Below are positions 24,758 to 37,867 of a stretch of DNA of 64,000 nucleotides, piece by piece (positions within the stretch are counted from its first letter, which is position 1; the number at the start of each line of letters is the position of its first letter). Under the pieces are notes generated by a model. That model was not told the DNA's origin, made no database searches, and saw nothing but the letters and a program-made list of their open reading frames with translations. Source of the stretch: Octopus vulgaris (lineage: Eukaryota). The DNA is taken from contig OX597834.1 in the NCBI GenBank assembly GCA_951406725.2, positions 15,376,001-15,440,000 on the forward strand. Direction: 5' to 3'. A program made the translations under genes and the position numbers.

Positions 24758-26429
24758 TATCCAGTATTTTTTTGCTAGTTTATTTTGTCTTTTGTCTTGC
24801 CTCCTGATGCTGTATGGACATTTAATGTGGTTTTAGAGTCAAGTTTTTGCTGCTATTTCTAGCGTGGTGGTATCTCTTAGATACCCTAAATTATAATTTT
24901 AATATATAAAGAGATAGATAGATACATACATACATACACACACACCCATTACTGACGCAGTTATTGTTGAATGGGTAGAAAGTCCTCATCTTATTCATGA
25001 GGTTTGGGGTTCAATTCTTCTGAAGGAACTTTGTTTACGTATCTGTTAATATAAGCGCGGGTTGATACTGTATGAGTGAAATTGAGTTGACGGAAAGTGT
25101 ATGGAAGCCCACTGGATTGCATGTTCCTGTACATCTTGGCCCCGCCATTGTGGTATCGCTGGTTCGACCTTCTCACTAGTTTGGCCTCAGACGTTTTAAT
25201 GCTTCCCTCGTTTTCTCCTCCTGTCTGTTCCTCCACACACTCTCTTACACTCAGTCCCTCTCTCTCTCTTGCACTCTCCCTCCCCTGCACTCTCTCTCAC
25301 TCTTTCTCTCCCTCCGAAACTTCGAAGTCATTTCGAAGAATTATATTCTTGTTTAAGAATAATTAATTTGTGCTCTACAAAAGTATAGATTAACCAATCA
25401 GATTTACAGAAAACAGTTTTTATAATAACTGAACATGAAGGTGGCTGCTGGCAGAATCGCTTGCACGCTGGACAAAATGCTTGCAATATGTATTGTAACT
25501 ATAATTTGATTAAGTTGGTGATATTGTTGTTGTAGTACTAAGCAAGTGTTGGTGTAATGGACATGTTACGCTAATGTCTTGCTTCTGCTGTTTTCTATTC
25601 ATTCTGAGGCAGCGTTCATGCTTTTAACGCTGTTGACACTGCTGGATTGAGTGGCCCTTCCAGGTGTCGAAACCACAGAGATAACCGTTCGGCAGCTGAA
25701 GATGGGAGTGTATATTTGATATGCTTTTTTTTGTGAATTCTTACGTTTTGAGGGTCTTGTTATTTACTAAGTTGCCTTCATTCTCGTGAAGCTGAAAGTG
25801 TTTGTCGATTCATTGTTTATGATGATTACCTATATTGATACTGAGAGATTGAATTCACAGCTAACCTCAGTAGTCTTGGATAACGCTAAGATAATGGTTT
25901 CTAGATTGTGTGTGTGTATGTGTGTGTATGGGTGTATGTGTTAGCGTTCCATAATCCTGCTAAGTGAATCGGTAAGTTCTGTTTCAGCTCTATCAGAATA
26001 GAAGAGAATATCGCCCAAGCTCTATTTTATTTGCAGGAATAGCTTTAGAGAAGAATGACTTCCAGAAAACATTTAGGTAACTAGCTCTGGCTCTCGCCTC
26101 TTTTATTTCTATTTTTATTTAGTTTTCTTTTATTATTATTCTTATATATTTGTTTAATATTTCTGTTTTATTTGTTTTTGTTATCGTTGTTGTTGGTTTT
26201 TATGTTTTAGTTATTGGAGGGCTTTTTTTTTCTTTTATACATTTCCGGTTGGTTTTTGTTTTGCTTTTGTTTTTGTTTTATTTATTTATTTTTGTCGGTC
26301 ATTTATTTATTTTTAAACGAGAGATCGTGAGATCGTTCGTCAATCAAACAGCTATTCACAGCGTCATCGATCTTAACTTTCGGATTTGGCGACTATAAAT
26401 TTCTTTCCAAAATCTCAGACACACCTGCG

Positions 26430-26880
26430 TACACACACACACACACACACACATACACACACACACATTTGGACATATTCTAGATACACATAAGCACACA
26501 AACACATAGATAAAACACACATACACACAAACACATTTAGACATATTCTGGATACACACGATAAAAAACACATACACATGCACACACACACACACATACA
26601 CACATTTAGACATATTCCAGATACACACGAACACACAAACGCATAGATAAAAAAACACATACACACACACACACATTTAAACATATTCCGGATGCACATA
26701 AGCACACAGACGCATAGATGAAACACACATACGCACACGCAAACACACATTTAGATATATTCCGGATACATATAAGCACGCAAACGCATTGATAAAACAC
26801 ACACACTCATTTAGACACTTTCCGACAGACACAAGAACACAAACACATAGATAAAACACGTATATAGACACACACACATG
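26430..26880. repeat. ~60-bp minisatellite, ~7 copies
   Basis: Recurring acacatttagacatattcc(g/a)gatacacataagcacacaaacgcatagataaaacacac. Confidence 0.85.
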
Positions 26881-27565
26881 CGAGCGTACAGACACAGAGA
26901 CATAGATACGTGCACTCACTCGCGCGCAAACTCACGCACATATAGACACAATCTCACAGGTAGATAGGCGCACATAGGCACACAGATAGATACACATAAA
27001 CACACGCATATACTCACACACACATTCGAGTAGGCACAATCGCAGACAGACACACGCACGCAAGCGCCTAAATGTAAGTATTCGTTTTATGTTCGTATGT
27101 TCGTAAGTCTACGTGCATGCGCGCGTTAGTGTGTGTGCTGCACGAATAGTGAAGGAAAGAGAAAGAGGGAAAGCAAGTGAGTGAGAGAGAGAGAGAGATG
27201 GAGGAATTAAATAAAAAAAAATATGGCTGCATAATAGAGAGAAAGATTGTGTAAATGAAAGAGAATAAGAGAGAAGGATGCAGAAAAATATAAGAACACA
27301 GCAAGAGAATTTGAGGGATATAGAGGTATATTAAGTGATGGATGAGGGTATATATACATACGTATGTGTGTGTGTATATATATATATGTATGTATAATTA
27401 GGTATATATGTGTATATGCATATATGTTTATGCATATGTGTATAAGTATATATGTGATATATATACATATTGTATACATACGTACAAGTATATATATATA
27501 GGTATAATGTATATGTACTTATCTCTCTCTCCCTATTTATATATATATGTATATATATGTATATA

Positions 27566-27602
<37 letters not shown>

Positions 27603-27811
27603 GTCCCTCCCTGTCTCAATACTTTGTGTGTATGTAGACTTAGAGCACAGACAGATAGGTGTTTCTGTATATATACATATATATATATGTGTGTGTGTGT
27701 GTGTATGTGCGTGTGTGACTGTCTGTGTATTGTGTGTATTTAGGTGTTATATAGGCATATCTGTTTGTATAGGTGCATACACACCATATATATATATATC
27801 TGTGTGTATGC

Positions 27812-27849
<38 letters not shown>

Positions 27850-29769
27850 TTGGATATATATATATATATATATATATATCTGTGTGTTTGCATATATATA
27901 TATATATATATATATAAGCATTATATATATGTATATTACACACACATAGATGCATATATATTATACACATATATATTACTATACGTTATATACACACACA
28001 CACACATATACATATATATATATATATACAGAAGGAGAGAGAGAAAGAATGACAGAGACAGTGAAAGAGAAGTGAAAAAGACCGTGTTAGAGAAAGAAAG
28101 AGAACGAAACGAATGAAAGAGTGAAAGGAGGTGTGAATGCGAAAAAGATTGCCAAGTCTATAAAATGGCGCTGTCTTCGATGATAGAGGAGACGCGATTC
28201 TACACGTTCGCAGCTTAACCGGTTCTTTTGTGCTGTTGCTTATCTAATAATAGGTATTAATTAATGACAGACAAAGATATATAACCTTTAGATAGCAGAG
28301 GGCGTTTATTGCATCAATTGAATTTCAGGGTGTTTTTATGAGCTTTCTCTCTTTCGAGAAGGAATGGTCACCGACCCTGTATTCCGTTTCTGTCGTAGCC
28401 GAATCTTTATTCTTTATTGGAAGAAGTGTTAACTTTCCCATTACTACTATTGTTCTACTGTTTTTCTATGTGGAATTATTTAGTTGATGTGGAGGTCTCC
28501 ATATAACTCATTTCGTTTCTTTTCTTCTATTTTTGTTTTGTCTTTTTTTTTAAATGAAATACAGGATTTAGTGAGATAGACTCGAGAGCAAATATCTGTA
28601 GGCGTGTGCTGGAATTGATCACATTGTCACAAGAACTTCTCTGTTATATATTATTTAATTGTCCAGCTTCAATAGAGGTGAGGTTAGACACCAACTGGAT
28701 TGGAACGCATAACGTAAAGCTTCCAGGGGGCGTATATTCCAGATGAGCTAGGTGTATGCTGCTCACCCGTGAAAATGACAAATTTGCTATAAAAAGAGAG
28801 ACAGATGAGCGTCCGTGACCTGAGGTAGGGTGAACGTAATTATTTTAGCTTAGGTTGTATCATATGTACAGGATATTTTTTATGGGAAAAAGGAAAAAAA
28901 TAAGAGTGGATATTTATTTTATGAATGCTGTGTATTAAGTCTATAAAATTGTGCATAAAATATATCAAGTGCATTAAGTAATAATCGTATTCCAATTTCT
29001 TTCAGTTTTCAATGAGTAGCAGATGATCGACTCTCATTCCATAGACACAACACAGGCTACGCTTTCAGATTTTTTTGGATAAAGTTTTCAGAAATTACCC
29101 ATTAGGTTTACCATTAATTCCGTGAAATATTCACGGGGCCCGCTTGTATATGTAATTTCCAGTAACAGTAATGTTTTGCTCCGTAATTTTATTTTCTGTT
29201 GCTCGGTGAAATACACTGTAGTTTTTTTTTCCCCCACTCTGTTTTAAATGAATTGAGATCTGGACGATGAGTGTTCTAGTTGTATAGTTAATATAATATT
29301 CGGCGCCATATTGTTTAAAGCGTTCACGTCTGCCATTAAATTATTACAACAATCGGTCTTTAGTAGTTTGTTAGCGGTTTTACATGCTTGCAGTTTGCTA
29401 TTACTTGAAAGGTTTATTATTATTTTTATTTTAGTGTTTTTTGTAATATAATATTGATGCTAATTTATGACTTAGTATGATGCCTGTAATGTTCTGTTTT
29501 ATGGGGTTTATGTTAATGTGTTTATCGGTTGTGTAAGTTCTCTGCCTTTGATTCATATAATAGACTTAAAACGCTTTAACGAGAAAACTGGAAGACAGGA
29601 AAATGAAACAACGATAAAAAGGAATATTATCAAAGTTTTTTTAAATAATTTTTGTAAACACAAATGGAATTATATAGCGGCAGGTGTACGTGTTGCTGTT
29701 TTCACCATCATCTTCATCACTGGATTAATTAATTTATAAATTAATTGATTAATTGATTGATTAATTAAT

Positions 29770-30235
29770 GAGGCGAGGTGACAAACTCGTTAGCACGCCG
29801 GTCAAAATGCTTAACTGCATTTCGTTCATTGCATTATGAGTTCAAATTCCGCTGATGTAGACCTTGCCTTTCATCCTTTCGTTGTCGATAAATTTAGTAC
29901 CAGTTGAATTCTGGGGCCGATGTCATCGACTGTCCCTCTCCTCAGCCAAATTTCAGGCCTTGTAACAAAATTTTAAATTATTAAAGCAGCATGCTGGCAG
30001 AAACGTTAGCACGCCGGGTGAAATGCTTAGCGGCATTTCCTCACTCTTTACGTCCCGAGTTCAAATTCCGCCGAGATCGACTTTGCCTTTCATCATTTCG
30101 CGGTCGATAAATTAAGTACCTGTTGCGTACTGGGTCGATCTAATCGACTGGCCACTTCCCCCAAAATTTCGGCCCTTTTTATTATTATTAAGGCGGCGAG
30201 CTGGCAGAATCGTTAGCACGTCAGGCAAAATGCCT
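29770..30235 (+). mobile_element. Family B variant, tandem monomers with alternative 3' end
   Basis: Heads at ~29770, ~29984 and ~30190. Tail of the type ccaaatttcaggccttgt. Similar copies at 36205-36400, 54185-54305 and 57770-57990. Confidence 0.75.
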
Positions 30236-30299
30236 TCTGTAAGTATATCCCTCTAAGATCCTCTCGATATACACACACATATATATAAAGGATCAAAGG

Positions 30300-30516
30300 T
30301 CCCTTCCGGTGCTGAACAGTGGGCTCATGCGTCTGGTTTCCCAGATTCTGTTTCGTATATCCTCCACAAGATTATTCATTTTTGTCAGACGAATGAACTG
30401 GAGCCAGGTGAAATAAAAGTGTTTTGTGTTTCAAGAACACCACGCATCGCCCAGTCCAGGAATTTAACCACAATATCACAAATACGTGTACAACACTTTA
30501 ACCACTAAACCACGCG

Positions 30517-30518
<2 letters not shown>
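30300..30518 (-). mobile_element. Decayed tRNA/CORE-like SINE (family D)
   Basis: caagaacaccacgcatcgcccagtccagg..aaccactaaaccacgcg. Related fragments at 4770-4905, 14985-15068 and 23500-23630 (all -). Confidence 0.6.
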
Positions 30519-30563
<45 letters not shown>

Positions 30564-30650
30564 CGTATTTATATGTGTATATACATATTAATATTATATT
30601 TATACCTCTATACATAATAATACATAATGTATGTATATATATATATATAT

Positions 30651-30709
<59 letters not shown>

Positions 30710-31595
30710 ATATATATATAATAGATACATAGATATATGTATGTCCGGGTATACGTGCGTACACACAGATGCAAATAACACTCCAATATATATCTTCAAA
30801 AAAATCACCATTCGCTGAAATATCGTTATTTTTCACAATTTATATATGTTTTTTTTTTTTTTTAGTTTCTCTTAGCAAAGATATCGACAAACTTTACGTT
30901 TCGGTAAAGACCCCTTACCTAGAAAAATAGGAGAAGAAGAAAAAAAAACAACTGTAAAAATCCTATCTAATAACAAGTAAACAATAACGGTACCTACAAA
31001 ACAAAGCAAAAAATAAAATGATGGAAATCGGAATGTGGAAAAAATATTATTATGCGTTAGACCCTTAAGGTAAACATTAACAGCAAATCAGAAACGCAAC
31101 GGCCAGTAAATAATGATGTTTATATACATGTATACGAGTGTATACTTGTATATCTTATGTATGCATGTATGTGAATATATAGGTGTGTGTTTGTGTCTGT
31201 GTATGCATGTATGTATGTGAATATATCTATATATATATGTGTGTGAGTGTGTGCATGTATGTTTTCGCATGTGAATATATATGGACATATGAAAATAATG
31301 TGTGTGTGTGCACATTATATATATATATAAATATATATACATATATATATATATGTAGTACATATATATATATAGCACATATATATATATATATATACAT
31401 ATACACACTTACATATATCAATTTGTACACACACACATACACACTCACACATATATATATATATACGAACACACACCTTTATCAATCTATGTATATATAT
31501 ATATATATATATATATACACCCACCTTTATCAATCTGTATATATATGTATACATATATAAACCCACATATATATACAAAGAATAATAAATGTGGG

Positions 31596-31629
<34 letters not shown>

Positions 31630-32514
31630 CAAAATAATATATGTGGGTTTATATATGTATACATATATATACAGATTGTGGTGTATGTGTGTGTGTGTGT
31701 GTATGAAGATAGGATAGGAATGATATAAAATGAAAATAAGAATGATTATACAAATAGAACCGATCGGATGATGGAGGCATAAAGCAATGATAGAAAGTAT
31801 GGAGAAAATTGGTAAGACGATAAGGGGAAAAGAAGAAGATATAACGCAATAAAAGGGAAGATGTGGCATAGCATGAAATGATATCAGGAACTGAAGTTTA
31901 TGTTTATGATTGAAGAAAGACGTAGAAACACAAGACGGACATTTTGGGAGAAAAAGTGAGTGAAAGAACGAGAGTGGTAGTAGAAGTAGTTGGGCGAATG
32001 GAACGTGCAAAATTGCACACTTATATATCTAAGTGTATATCTTAAGTTATCTAATGTTCTGTGAGTAATATCATATGAGGATGTATTTTTATATATATAT
32101 ATGTATATATAAATATATACAGCGCTGGTACAGCTGTGTAGTTTAGAAGTTCGTTTTCGTATGCTCTTAGCTACATTTTTGGCTCACGTCTAATGATCCT
32201 TGCTTTCCACTATAAGCATAAGGCTTGGAAATTAGTGGGTAAGGATGGGAACTAATCGATTGCATCGATACATCGGCTCCAGTACTTGAATGCTACTTTG
32301 TTTTATCGACTCACCGAACAAGAACGGCAACGTCGACCTCGACTGAATTTGAACTTAGATCGCTACGAATCTGAAGGAATATTGCAAAGTATTGTCTTAG
32401 ACTCTCTAAAAGTTATGCAAACTCCCCTACTTGTCAAACAATTTCCACTAACTCCCACCTCCCGAAAATTGCTGCCCTTTTACCAACATTTGGAGCACTT
32501 ATTTTGGGGCTGCC

Positions 32515-33425
32515 TGCGTAGTTATGTTGCTAAGTATCTCTCATTGCAACCACGTAGTTTTTGGTTCATTTCCACGGCGCACAACTTGGAGAAGAGTCTT
32601 TTACTATAACCCCAGGTTTTCTAATGCCATTTGTGAGAGCTTATTCGGCAAATAGAAACTGTGAGGAAATCCATTGAATATCTCTCTTTCTCTCTCTTCC
32701 TATATATATTTATCTATGTATGTATTTCTGTGCTTTTTACTGCCCATACACCGGAGCACATTTCTTTACGTCCCCATGAATTAACGGTTTGGCAAAAGAT
32801 ACCGATAGAATAATATTGAATTAATAAAAATAGTAAAAATGCAACATAAGTTATGGAGTCGATTTGTCTGACTAAAAAGCCGTCAAGGCGGTGCTCCGAC
32901 ATGGCCGCCGTTCATTGACTGAAACAAGTAAACGATGCAAAATAAAAAGGTTCAGTTCCACTGCGTGGCACATTGGGCAAGTGTCTCCTACTATAGCCTC
33001 GGGCCGACCACAGCCTTGTGAATGGATTTGGTAGACGGAAACTGAAAAGAAGCCCGTCGTATATATATATATATATATAATATATGTGTGTGTGTGTGTG
33101 TTTGTGTATCTGTGTTTGTCTCCCTACCATCGCTTGACAATCAATGCTGGTGTATTTACGACCCCGTTACCTAGCGGTTCGGCAAAAGACACCTATAGAA
33201 AAAGTACTAGGCTTACAAAGAATAAGTCCTTGGGTTCGATTTGTTCGATTAACGGTGGTGCTTCAGCATGGCCACAGTCAATGACTGAAACAAATAAAAG
33301 GATATAAGAATTTACGACGGGCTTCTTTCAGTTTCCGTCTATCAAATCCATTCACAAGGCTTTGGTCGGCCTGAGCCTTTAGTAGAAGACACTCGCCCAA
33401 GGTGCCATGCAGTGGGAATAAATTC
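32515..33425. mobile_element. Cluster of family A SINEs: diverged + copy (32515-32932), + copy (32948-33305), - fragment (33314-33425)
   Basis: Direct similarity to the other family A copies. Confidence 0.8.
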
Positions 33426-34558
33426 GGATTCATATACAATCTAATTTAGGTTGTTAGGTAAAATTATTAGATGCAAAGGAATTGGGAACAGACAGTTTTA
33501 GTGAAAAGTTCTTGAGAATAACATATGAATTGCTTTGCATTTCTTTGTTATTATTTTTTCTTTTTTAGGAACCTCATGATTGTCTCTCCTTCGCTCACGA
33601 CTGATTTAGTGTACCCATTTGTTATTAGTACTTTCTTAATCGTGGATTATATTTCCAGAATCTGCTAGTCTGAAGCTCTGTGGAAAACATTCTATCAATC
33701 AATGTGTTTTGCTCAGAAATCTCTGTATTCCTTACGAGCCATTTTATAAGCAATAGTTTTCTTCCTTTCTTTTTTTAACCAATATCTGATTTTTCCAGCA
33801 CAAGTGACTATTTCTCTTCCAGGATTTCCTTCGGGAAATCATTTATAGTTTTGCAATATTCATCTTAAACCTTTATATATATAGACAGGCGGTTTGTCTT
33901 TGTGGATTTTTGGTGTTTTATACAATTTCCAACCATAGAATTTCAGAGATTTTCTCTATGATGCACCGTATGATTTCAGAATGAGTCTCACTCAATAAAA
34001 CGTGAGACAAATGGGTATGTATTTTATAGCTATCAGTTAGATATTTTAGCTGTCGTTTGATATTTTATTTCTTTTCGGAAAATTCGAATTTGAATTTTCA
34101 AATATTTCGACCTCAAACTGTTTTGAAGACAATATTATATTCGGTAAGCCTCATAAATGACAACGCCTATAAACATACCAACAACTGTTGTTGCTTTTAT
34201 TTATTTCTCTTCTCTTCTTTTTTCAAAACTGTCAACATTTTATTTACCCCCAAGATATTTTCAGGAATATCTGTCTTTAACTCTCTGTTCGAGCATACAC
34301 TTTTTTCCTTTTAATGCCTGGTATTCAGTTCTCAGGATACGAACTGGTGACGTTTTTGTTTATTAACAGTTTCTCGGGGTTTTTTTGTCCTTTTTTTTTT
34401 TGCTTCATCAGAGCATGTATGTATCTTGTTTCAGTTGGACGTTTTTATCCTTATTTTTTGTATTACTACCGTTTCGTTTCCATTACTCATTACAAAAAAA
34501 AAATGATAAAACGTTTTGAAGGGACAAATATTTAAAGGATATTAACAACTGTCAACAG

Positions 34559-34979
34559 GGATCTTTTCGGTTTGAACGGCAGTTTTTAACATAATTTCTA
34601 GGTAAATAAAAAATTTTAAACTTCGTATACTGGTAGAATGTGTTTATAAAACATCTCTTTCTCTTGGCTTTATTGAGAAAATTCTATAGTTTGTAAGATA
34701 TTTGTTGTTGTTTTTTCTTCAATTTCTGAAATTTCAACCAATCAATGACGTCTATTGAGTTAAAAAGCATTCTGTGCCGTATGAATATGTCCCTCGTTTA
34801 AGAAACAGATTGGGTTTATTTACATTTGTGAAGAAAAAAAGATACCCTTCCCCTAACCCTAACCAACCCTAACCCTAAACAAGATTGAAACGCAATAGAT
34901 CGATACTAGGGTTATAATTATGGGTGAAAATTTCATATGACACCACTAGAAAAAACTGCCGTTCAAACTGAAAAGATCC
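34559..34979. mobile_element. MITE / non-autonomous DNA transposon with 29-bp TIRs (GG termini, possibly Merlin-like)
   Basis: GGATCTTTTCGGTTTGAACGGCAGTTTTT ... AAAAACTGCCGTTCAAACTGAAAAGATCC. 8-bp TSD gtcaacag/gtcaacaa with one mismatch. Confidence 0.85.
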
Positions 34980-35235
34980 GTCAACAATTTCGAAAAAGAA
35001 AGGTAAGTAAAATATAGACAAGAAGCAAATTTTTGAGTGACTCAATTATGACTCCTACTGGATACGACAAAATCTAATTCAATATAGACTGTATTATGTA
35101 ATTCACCAAACAGTTGTCCTAGTATCGTGTTCGTTGTCTATAATATGATACTGTTTGGTCATCGTATTTCTGATCACAAAATGTTATTATCCTGCTGTTT
35201 TCTTCTTCTCCTTCTTCTTCTTCTTCTTCTTCTTC

Positions 35236-35309
<74 letters not shown>

Positions 35310-35661
35310 TTTTATTTTTTTCTTCTTTCAAATTTGCTTCCATTTCTTGCCGAGTGTCTTCCCGACTCCTAGGGCAAAGAAACTCATAGTATACATTGGT
35401 AGCCCATTAAACTAAACTCAATAGTTCGTTCATTTTTTTTTTTAAGTTAAATTAAAATACATGGGTAGTAATAATTCTCACATCGACAATGCTCTTCTCA
35501 ATACGTGTGATGTACCAGTTAAGACAATCTTTTGCACTTCTTGCAGGGATGGTAAGCCAGGGATCATTCTCATATAATTTTCGGTTCCCTTCTTGATCAT
35601 TCCTAGTGCTCCTACGATCACTGGTATTGTAACCGCCTTGAGATGCCACATTTTCTCAATT

Positions 35662-35663
<2 letters not shown>
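35310..35663 (-). mobile_element. 3' end of Dong/R4-clade (restriction-like endonuclease) LINE in a (TAA)n target
   Basis: Minus translation EIEKMWHLKAVTIPVIVGALGMIKKG..LQEVQKIVLTGTSHVLRRALSM*, then 3' UTR. (TAA)n on both sides. Confidence 0.82.
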
Positions 35664-35705
<42 letters not shown>

Positions 35706-35996
35706 TTTCTTCCAATCAGGCTCACGCCATTAGCCACGAAGAATAATCCCTAATTCGAGCCTACTCTAAGCAACTAAAGATGCGTACTGCAAATTGAAGA
35801 TCCACACACCACACGCGATAGACTGGCGGTTGCACGGGCGCGAAAGCTACATTGTTATCCTCATTCAGTAAACACTGGCTTTTAACGGGTGGAGAGCTGA
35901 ACCATCCTGGGGTACAGAGGATTCGCAATCTAGACTAGGGTCTGAAATTTTACCACACCATAGTGGGTTACACCATGGTTCCTCTGCTTTGTGTCA

Positions 35997-36191
35997 GAAA
36001 TAGGAAGAATGAGTGAGAGAAAGTTGTGGTGAAAGAGTACAGCGGGGTTCACCACCCACCCCTGCTGGAGCCTCGTGGAGCTTAGGTGTTTTTTGCTCAA
36101 TAAACACTCACAATGCCCGATCTGGGGATCGAAACCGCGTTCTTACGACTACGAGTCCGCTGCCCTAACGACTGGGCCATTGCGCCTCCAC
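35997..36191 (-). mobile_element. Family C 5' half
   Basis: Reverse complement of head and body, ending at the same junction (..ttcctatttct) where the 61311 copy switches tail. Confidence 0.82.
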
Positions 36192-36204
36192 CCTGCTGTT
36201 GTTT

Positions 36205-36400
36205 GAGGCGGCGAGCTACCAGAATTCGTTAACACAACGGAAAAAAATACCTAGCAGCATTTCGTTTGTCTTTACGTTCTGAGTTCAAATTCCACCGAGG
36301 TCGACTTTGCCTTTCATCCTTTTGGGGGTCGATAAATTAAGTACCAGTGAATGTAGTCCTCTTCCCCAAAATTTCAGGCCTTCTGCCTATAGTAAAAGGG
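36205..36400 (+). mobile_element. Family B variant monomer
   Basis: aggcggcgagct..gagttcaaattccaccgaggtcgactttgcctttcatcc..ccccaaaatttcaggcc. Confidence 0.75.
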
Positions 36401-36460
36401 ATTATTATTGTACTGTTGGCATCGAACTGCTTTCAGTTTTTGACCCACCTAATTCTTTGT

Positions 36461-36854
36461 TTTTTTTTTTAGGAAGTACTCCGTCGGTTACGACGATGAG
36501 GGTTCCGGTTGATCCGAATCAACGGAACAGCCTGCTCGTGAAATTAACGTGTAAGTGGCTGAGCACTCCACAGACACGTGTACCCTTAACGTAGTTCTCG
36601 GGGATATTCAGCGTGACACAGAGAGTGAGAAGGCCGGCCACTTGAAATACAGGTACAACAGAAACAGGAAGTAAGAGTGAGAGAAAGTTGTGGTGAAAGG
36701 GTACAGCAGGGATCGCCACCGCCCCTGCCGGAGCCTCGTGGAGCTTTAGGTGTTTTCGCTCAATAAACACTCACAACGCCCGGTCTGGGAATCGAAACCG
36801 CGATCCTATGACCGCGAGTCCGCTGCCCTAACCACTGGGCCATTGCGCCTCCAC
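36461..36854 (-). mobile_element. tRNA-derived SINE family C, full length
   Basis: Poly(A) tail (T run 36461-36470). 10-bp TSD aattctttgt (36451-36460 / 36855-36864). Confidence 0.92.
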
Positions 36855-37867
36855 AATTCTTTGTAAAGCTGTATGGAATATGGAGACGAAAGTTGGTTTT
36901 GCCACAAAAATGTTACTTTTCCTAACGCTAGATTCTTCGCGATTCAGCAACAACCACTTATCTTTGATTATCATTGATTTTCACTATATTTTCCATTTTC
37001 TAATGCTGGAATTTTTTTTGGTAATGTTTGGTTCTTTGTATTCCTTTTTGTTAGTGAACTTCCATTGTCAATTTTCTCAAAAATTTCGAAATTCCGTGTG
37101 TGTGTGTGTGACTGTGTTTGTGTTTGTTTCCTTTTTTGTATTGTTGGGGTGGTTTTCATTTCTTTCGTTGAAATGTTGTTGTTTGCGAAGTATCAAGAAG
37201 GCACCAATTTCCTTTTATGATTGGTATGGCTGCCGTATAGGTTAATTGATTTTTCCTGGCCATATTCATGTTTACATCTGTTTTTTTTCTGTATATCTAA
37301 GTCGACCCACTTAAGGGCCTCTCGTTATAGTACTCTCACTTTATCTTTCCCTCTCTCTCCTCCCGTTCTCTATTTCTTTATCTCTCTCTTATCTTTAAAC
37401 ATCATCTTTAGAAAGTCATTTCCGTTAGTTTGCAGGGAACCTTTCTATCGAATAGAATTCCTCAAGTATTTTTTCCGCTATATTATTGTCATTTTCGACA
37501 TTTCCATCAAGACACATCCCTCAGAAATTCTAGACTGCAAATTTTCGTACTGGTTCTAATCTGGTCTACATCTTGTAGATCAATATTTTGCACATGTTAT
37601 TGTTGCTGTTGTTACTGTTCTTATTCAATTTTCGCTGAGCTCGACTTTTCTCTGCTTTCTTTCGTGGGTCGATAATACAAAATTATAGTCAAGTGCTGGA
37701 GTAGATAGAACAGAGTTCCAGTTAAGCCCGGGGTCGATATAATTAACATGACGATCTACCTAAATGTTCCGATCATATGCAGAAAATTTGATACAAACGA
37801 GGAGTGTTCCACCAGCTACTCACCAAACCAAATATACTTTAGTCAAATGACATATACATTGTCATCA

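Larger units (their letters stand above)
24295..24904. repeat. Imperfect ~300-bp-arm inverted repeat (fold-back element) with a hammerhead in each arm
   Basis: 24295-~24592 is reverse-complementary to ~24610-24904, with almost no spacer. Confidence 0.88.

Noticed and set aside
34851-34878. Telomere
   Set aside because: Only about four CCCTAA units, internal to a TIR element.
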